A stretch of DNA of 64,000 nucleotides from a virus. Lineage: Duplodnaviria > Caudoviricetes. Where the stretch lies: IMG/VR virus record IMGVR_UViG_3300027715_000146, positions 2,569 through 66,568 of that record; one strand, given 5' to 3'. Positions within the stretch are counted from its first letter, which is position 1; the number at the start of each line of letters is the position of its first letter. Both the position numbers and the translations under genes were made by a program. Below the pieces are notes generated by a model. It was not told the DNA's origin. It saw only the letters and a program-made list of their open reading frames with translations, and searched no databases. Of this stretch, positions 59,810-64,000 are shown in pieces.

Positions 59810-59913
59810 CAAACAGGTATATACTTGTTTGAAATGGGAAGATGTTGATATGTTTGGAGACGTCCAACATCTTACACGTAGAAAAGATACACTATACTGT
59901 TGTATCTTTTCTA
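59810..59913. repeat. Three adjacent inverted repeats in the divergent intergenic region
   Basis: 59810-59831 (near-palindrome); AAGATGTTG/CAACATCTT at 59839-59873; 13-bp perfect TAGAAAAGATACA/TGTATCTTTTCTA at 59879-59913. Confidence 0.7.
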
Positions 59914-59952
59914 TGATAAATCTTCTGATTTTGACAAGGTAAGGAATTACCC

Positions 59953-60741
59953 ATGAATAAATTATCCGTGACTTCATTTAAAGATGGAGATAATGAACTG
60001 TGTTATATTTATGACTCAAATGACACATACGTTCCACTGTATAATCTATCTGCTATTTTCGACGTCCCCTATAATAAAGCAGAGCAGAAGATTACCAACG
60101 CCCATGATTTATACGATGGATATGTCGTTAAATTTGATAAGAGCGTATTTACATCGTCGGATACTCTCAAGGTATCTGACGTTAAATCCCGCTCAATTAC
60201 CTGTTTAACACTAGCAGGTGTATTCGAATGGATATCCAGCCTTGATTACAAGAGATACGGTACCGATGATCCTAGACGACAGGCTATCATTGATAAGCGC
60301 CGTTGGATCATGGACACTGCATCCAAAGTAGCTCGTGGAAAACTGCAATTGGCATCTGTCATCCCGATTGGGAATGGTAAGCATGAACAGCGCAGGATAA
60401 CCAAAGATCTGTACCATATCCAGATGCAAGCACTTGACAGCCTGTATCCCGACGAACCGCCATCAATTCACCGGAGAATACAGGAGAACATTATGACAAA
60501 TGAGGTAGCGTTCGGTCGGCATGAACGCGGGATCCGGGACCATGTTAACTATGCAGAACTCCTGTCGTTATCCCTTGTCACTATCAGCGATATCACTCTC
60601 CTTGAGCAGAAAATGATGGACATCAATGATCGCCGGGATGTCATCACGTCAATTCGCACGAAGTATCTCCCTGACCCGAAACAGTTCCCTGCAGAATCAA
60701 AGCGGATACCGAACCAGTCAAGTCTGGAAACGTGGTTCTGA
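59953..60741 (+). CDS. Antirepressor-like DNA-binding protein with C-terminal PIP box
   Basis: Bro-N-like start (YVPLYNLSAIFDV; CLTLAGVFEWI); ends QSSLETWF. Confidence 0.5.
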   Translation: MNKLSVTSFKDGDNELCYIYDSNDTYVPLYNLSAIFDVPYNKAEQKITNAHDLYDGYVVKFDKSVFTSSDTLKVSDVKSRSITCLTLAGVFEWISSLDYKRYGTDDPRRQAIIDKRRWIMDTASKVARGKLQLASVIPIGNGKHEQRRITKDLYHIQMQALDSLYPDEPPSIHRRIQENIMTNEVAFGRHERGIRDHVNYAELLSLSLVTISDITLLEQKMMDINDRRDVITSIRTKYLPDPKQFPAESKRIPNQSSLETWF

Positions 60742-60783
60742 TACAAAATAATTATATACCATACCTGCCAATTAACTGATATT

Positions 60784-62022
60784 ATGGAATCCGTTCAAAC
60801 TGGCAGGATGGTGATGCTTGAGGTATTTAACGGACAAGAAGTCCGTTTCCTCGCTCATAACGATGATGCGAAATGGGTACCTCTTGCTGACATCAGAAAA
60901 GCAATTGGTATCACCACCACTCATGCCTCAAAAGTAGTAAAGCGAATTAAGTCAACTTTCCCCGGCTGTTCAATGACGTCCACCATGGACCTATTGGGAG
61001 AAACCGATCCGCTCCGCCGGAATAACGAAGTGATCCTGTTGAACCGGGAAGGGGTCGTGCACTTCTTCCACATGATCAATGTGGCAAAGATTCAGGATCC
61101 CCATGTTCGGCTCAATTGTATTGAGTTCCAGCGATGGGTTGCCCGGTTCATTGGAGATATCCTCTCTGGAGAACAGGTGGTGTTATCAAGCCCGGTCGTT
61201 ACTGCCCATAACATCGCCGCAGCCGTCTATCATGAACAGCTTAAGATTGGGAAGTCAATGACCCGTGACCACTTCATCGGTCCGGAACAGATGCATGTCA
61301 TCGCTCTGAAGAAGGCGGAAGTGGATTCCGGAGTGGATCTGAGTTGCTGGTATTCCATCATCCCTCAGGAGCATCAGTTTTACGAGACGCTGAACGCTAC
61401 TGAGATTGGAGAACGTCTCCAACCACCGCTCCGGGCACAGGAGGTGAATAAACGCCTTGAGGCCCACGGGTATGTCAGGCGACATGGTGATGGCGTGTGG
61501 GAGATCACCCCGAAAGGATCCGAATACGGAAGAGCAGTACCGGTTCACAAATCACTTCCTGCACTGATAGCCTCTGAACGAAACCCCATCGTCCGGCAAC
61601 CCCGGTGGGATCATTCCATTGTTCAGGTGCTTCAGAACCTCATCAATCCGAATGTGCCATTACTGGAAGAGCCAAAACCATTACACACTGCCGTGGAAAC
61701 AATCAGCGTGGACGGATTGTCCATCCGGTTTATGGGAGGATGGGTATCCACCTATGATATGATGAAGGCATCCGGGTTCACTAACTCGAACATGCAGAAA
61801 GTATTGACTACCATGTGCAAATCATACCCGAAACTCATCCGGGAAGTCACTCTCGCCGATCTAGGAGAGAAAGACTATGATAAAGGCACCCGGGAAGAAG
61901 TCCTCCTGAATAAACACGGGGTAAAAGTATTCTTTGAACTACTCCCCCAATCATCCATCCCGGTCGTAAACGAACAAACGAATCATGTAAAGAATTTCGT
62001 GCTGTCAAAGGCCGCTAACTGA
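60784..62022 (+). CDS. Bro-N / KilAC-type antirepressor protein
   Basis: FNGQEVRF...WVPLADI; LNATEIG...AQEVNKRLE..GY...WEITPKG. Confidence 0.65.
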   Translation: MESVQTGRMVMLEVFNGQEVRFLAHNDDAKWVPLADIRKAIGITTTHASKVVKRIKSTFPGCSMTSTMDLLGETDPLRRNNEVILLNREGVVHFFHMINVAKIQDPHVRLNCIEFQRWVARFIGDILSGEQVVLSSPVVTAHNIAAAVYHEQLKIGKSMTRDHFIGPEQMHVIALKKAEVDSGVDLSCWYSIIPQEHQFYETLNATEIGERLQPPLRAQEVNKRLEAHGYVRRHGDGVWEITPKGSEYGRAVPVHKSLPALIASERNPIVRQPRWDHSIVQVLQNLINPNVPLLEEPKPLHTAVETISVDGLSIRFMGGWVSTYDMMKASGFTNSNMQKVLTTMCKSYPKLIREVTLADLGEKDYDKGTREEVLLNKHGVKVFFELLPQSSIPVVNEQTNHVKNFVLSKAAN

Positions 62023-62053
62023 TCTTTATCTGATTACACCTCTTTTTATTACT

Positions 62054-62947
62054 ATGGTAAAAGTTGCAATAAATCAGATTGACGGTACTTACAATCTGTC
62101 AAAAACCGCATATACATGGCTGATTAGGAATCGTGGATGGCACCATTCCGGATATCTTCCCACACAGGAAGCAGTTGATGAAGAGATCGCGTATCGATCA
62201 TCTCTCATGGAGCCCACCCCGGTTGATATTACTATTACCCGAAATGGAGATGGTGTCATCACTACGTCTCCCGCCACTCCGATGATTGGAGATGACGTAT
62301 CCGTAATCATCACCCCGGCGACCGGATACTATACCAGCTCAGTGATTGTGAATGGGGATGAACGGGGATCCGTATCCGTAGTTACCTTCCCCGGAGTAAT
62401 GGTTAACCAGACGGTCATTGTCACATTCTCACCTGTTCCCGAGACTCCATCACCCGCTATCATCACCAGTCGGACAGCAGGAGGGGCAATCACCAACCCG
62501 GGTACCAATTATATTGAGGAAGGATCGCATTACATCGTTGCAATGAGACCGGACGCTTTATACAAGATTGATTTCATCACGGTTGATAACACCCCGATAG
62601 TAAACCCGATCCTTGCTCCGGATGGATCTTATACTATCACATGGCCGTCAGTAACGGAAACCCACTCCGTATTTGTTGCATTCACCCACATTACTCCTCC
62701 AGAAGAATACACCCTCGCCCTGAAGATCATCTATGAGGATAAGTATGGAAACTGGATCAGTAACATCACCGATCGAACCGACTCTGACGTCATTGCTGCG
62801 ATAGAGGCATTAGGATCGATTAAATCCAGTGGACCGTATGCAAAACTGAAGATTGTATCCGTACCGGATACCATATCTGACTGGACCGTGCGACGAAACT
62901 GTAATGGCGGTGAGGTAGTAGCCGAATCCTTTGCCATTTTCCAGTAA
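62054..62947 (+). CDS. Paralog of 56926..57837 with Ig-like inserts
   Basis: TPATGYYTSSVIVNG and PDALYKIDFITVD repeats; shared termini. Confidence 0.6.
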   Translation: MVKVAINQIDGTYNLSKTAYTWLIRNRGWHHSGYLPTQEAVDEEIAYRSSLMEPTPVDITITRNGDGVITTSPATPMIGDDVSVIITPATGYYTSSVIVNGDERGSVSVVTFPGVMVNQTVIVTFSPVPETPSPAIITSRTAGGAITNPGTNYIEEGSHYIVAMRPDALYKIDFITVDNTPIVNPILAPDGSYTITWPSVTETHSVFVAFTHITPPEEYTLALKIIYEDKYGNWISNITDRTDSDVIAAIEALGSIKSSGPYAKLKIVSVPDTISDWTVRRNCNGGEVVAESFAIFQ

Positions 62948-62986
62948 CTTTATATCTTTTTATTCGATATATCAGTAAGGTCATTT

Positions 62987-63280
62987 ATGGACATGGTAAT
63001 GCTTTCTCCAATTATCGGTGCTATTGCATATGCACTGATCGGACTGTTCAGATCATATCCTGCTGGTGAAGAGCCATCTGGTGCGAAATTCGTCGTCACC
63101 GTAGTCATCGGTATTGTCGCCGGTTACATTATGATGACTTCCGGAGTGGCTGTCACCGAGGCATCGTTCTTAAACGAGATGACGATCAATTCCACCCTGT
63201 ATATGGGCATCACCTATGCAGTGAATAAGGTCATATCCGGTATCTACGATTTCCTCTCTAAAAAGGCTGCATCAGCATAA
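62987..63280 (+). CDS. Small membrane protein, holin-like
   Basis: About three hydrophobic segments and a basic C-terminus. Confidence 0.45.
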   Translation: MDMVMLSPIIGAIAYALIGLFRSYPAGEEPSGAKFVVTVVIGIVAGYIMMTSGVAVTEASFLNEMTINSTLYMGITYAVNKVISGIYDFLSKKAASA

Positions 63281-63313
63281 CCTTTTTCCCTTTTTACTAC
63301 CACATATATCATC

Positions 63314-64000
63314 ATGCACGATGATATCCTTGATGCGTTACGGTATACCCGAGAACGCATCGTATCGGATTTACAGCAATCCAAACCTTATATCCCGGAT
63401 GGTTCACCATCTGATTTTGAATCAGGTCTTCATGTCAACTATAATGAACTTTCCAAATATATCCCGATCAATGTATTATTCGCCTTCCACCGGATGTCCC
63501 GTCAGGGAGAATGTTATATTGTCGGTGGTGCCGCACTGAATGTAGCAGCCCGGATATACCAGATGCTCCATTATGCTCCCGGTGACCCGAATGACTGGGA
63601 TATGTTTACTTCAGTTCACCCACAGCGTATCATGGAACTCTTCCCGGATGCTGTTCCAATCAGTGGTCAGGATGGACGAGTGTATACGGTAACGTTACCG
63701 AAGCATGATATCGAGATCAGCACGTTCAGAAAAGATGGAAAACGTGACACTTTTGGAGAGAACGTTATTGAACATCTCAATACCTGTGACTTTACGATCA
63801 ATGCGATCGCCATGACCCCTCACGGTCTTCTGATATCTCAACAGACGCTGGATGATATGAAAGAGAAACGACTCCGGTGTGTGGGAGATGCCAATGACCG
63901 GATCAACGAAGACAGTAACCGGGTAGTCAGGGCAATCCGGTTTGCATCCCGATACAATATGACCCTTGATGACGACCTGAGGCGAATCCTTACCCAATAT
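63314..64000 (+). CDS. Class II CCA-adding/poly(A)-polymerase-family nucleotidyltransferase, 3' truncated by window
   Basis: Own translation: CYIVGG, DWD, EISTFR, DFTINAIA, LRCVG...R..EDSNRVVRAIRFA. Frame open to the window end. Confidence 0.85.
   Translation, partial: MHDDILDALRYTRERIVSDLQQSKPYIPDGSPSDFESGLHVNYNELSKYIPINVLFAFHRMSRQGECYIVGGAALNVAARIYQMLHYAPGDPNDWDMFTSVHPQRIMELFPDAVPISGQDGRVYTVTLPKHDIEISTFRKDGKRDTFGENVIEHLNTCDFTINAIAMTPHGLLISQQTLDDMKEKRLRCVGDANDRINEDSNRVVRAIRFASRYNMTLDDDLRRILTQY

Noticed and set aside
1-64000. CRISPR array or mini-array
   Set aside because: No regularly spaced 25-40 bp direct repeats seen; the repeats are coding or hairpins.

Overview
The window looks like a segment of a large tailed virus (or provirus) of an archaeon. 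The host is most plausibly a Methanomicrobiales-type methanogen; this is inferred from a tRNA with a canonical BHB intron, TATA-like leaderless promoters, PIP boxes, Hef-like helicase, PKD/cohesin proteins and abundant CCGG. About 1-32.4 kb is a co-oriented tail/adhesin region: repeated 4-gene LamG cassettes, DUF2341 proteins with inserted LamG modules, and PEGA, PKD-cohesin and HxH-rich fibres. About 32.4-41.7 kb holds nucleotide metabolism and replication genes: an apparently split class III RNR, NrdH, PolB and NrdG, interrupted by a Tas1/Apk-like alarmone synthetase, a small putative immunity gene and a GNAT, then an IS200/IS605 tnpB element. About 41.7-64 kb is accessory. It carries four intact tRNAs, at least three tRNA mimics with intact acceptor/T arms but destroyed anticodon loops, and two long hairpin-dense non-coding tracts. 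It also encodes an RNA-repair set (RtcB, Rnl, Thg1-like, phosphoesterase, class II CCA-like NTase), MT-A70, helicase, NMP kinase, DNA ligase and antirepressor-like genes. No capsid, portal, terminase, CRISPR array or reverse transcriptase is visible. All family assignments are by motif recognition only; no searches were run.
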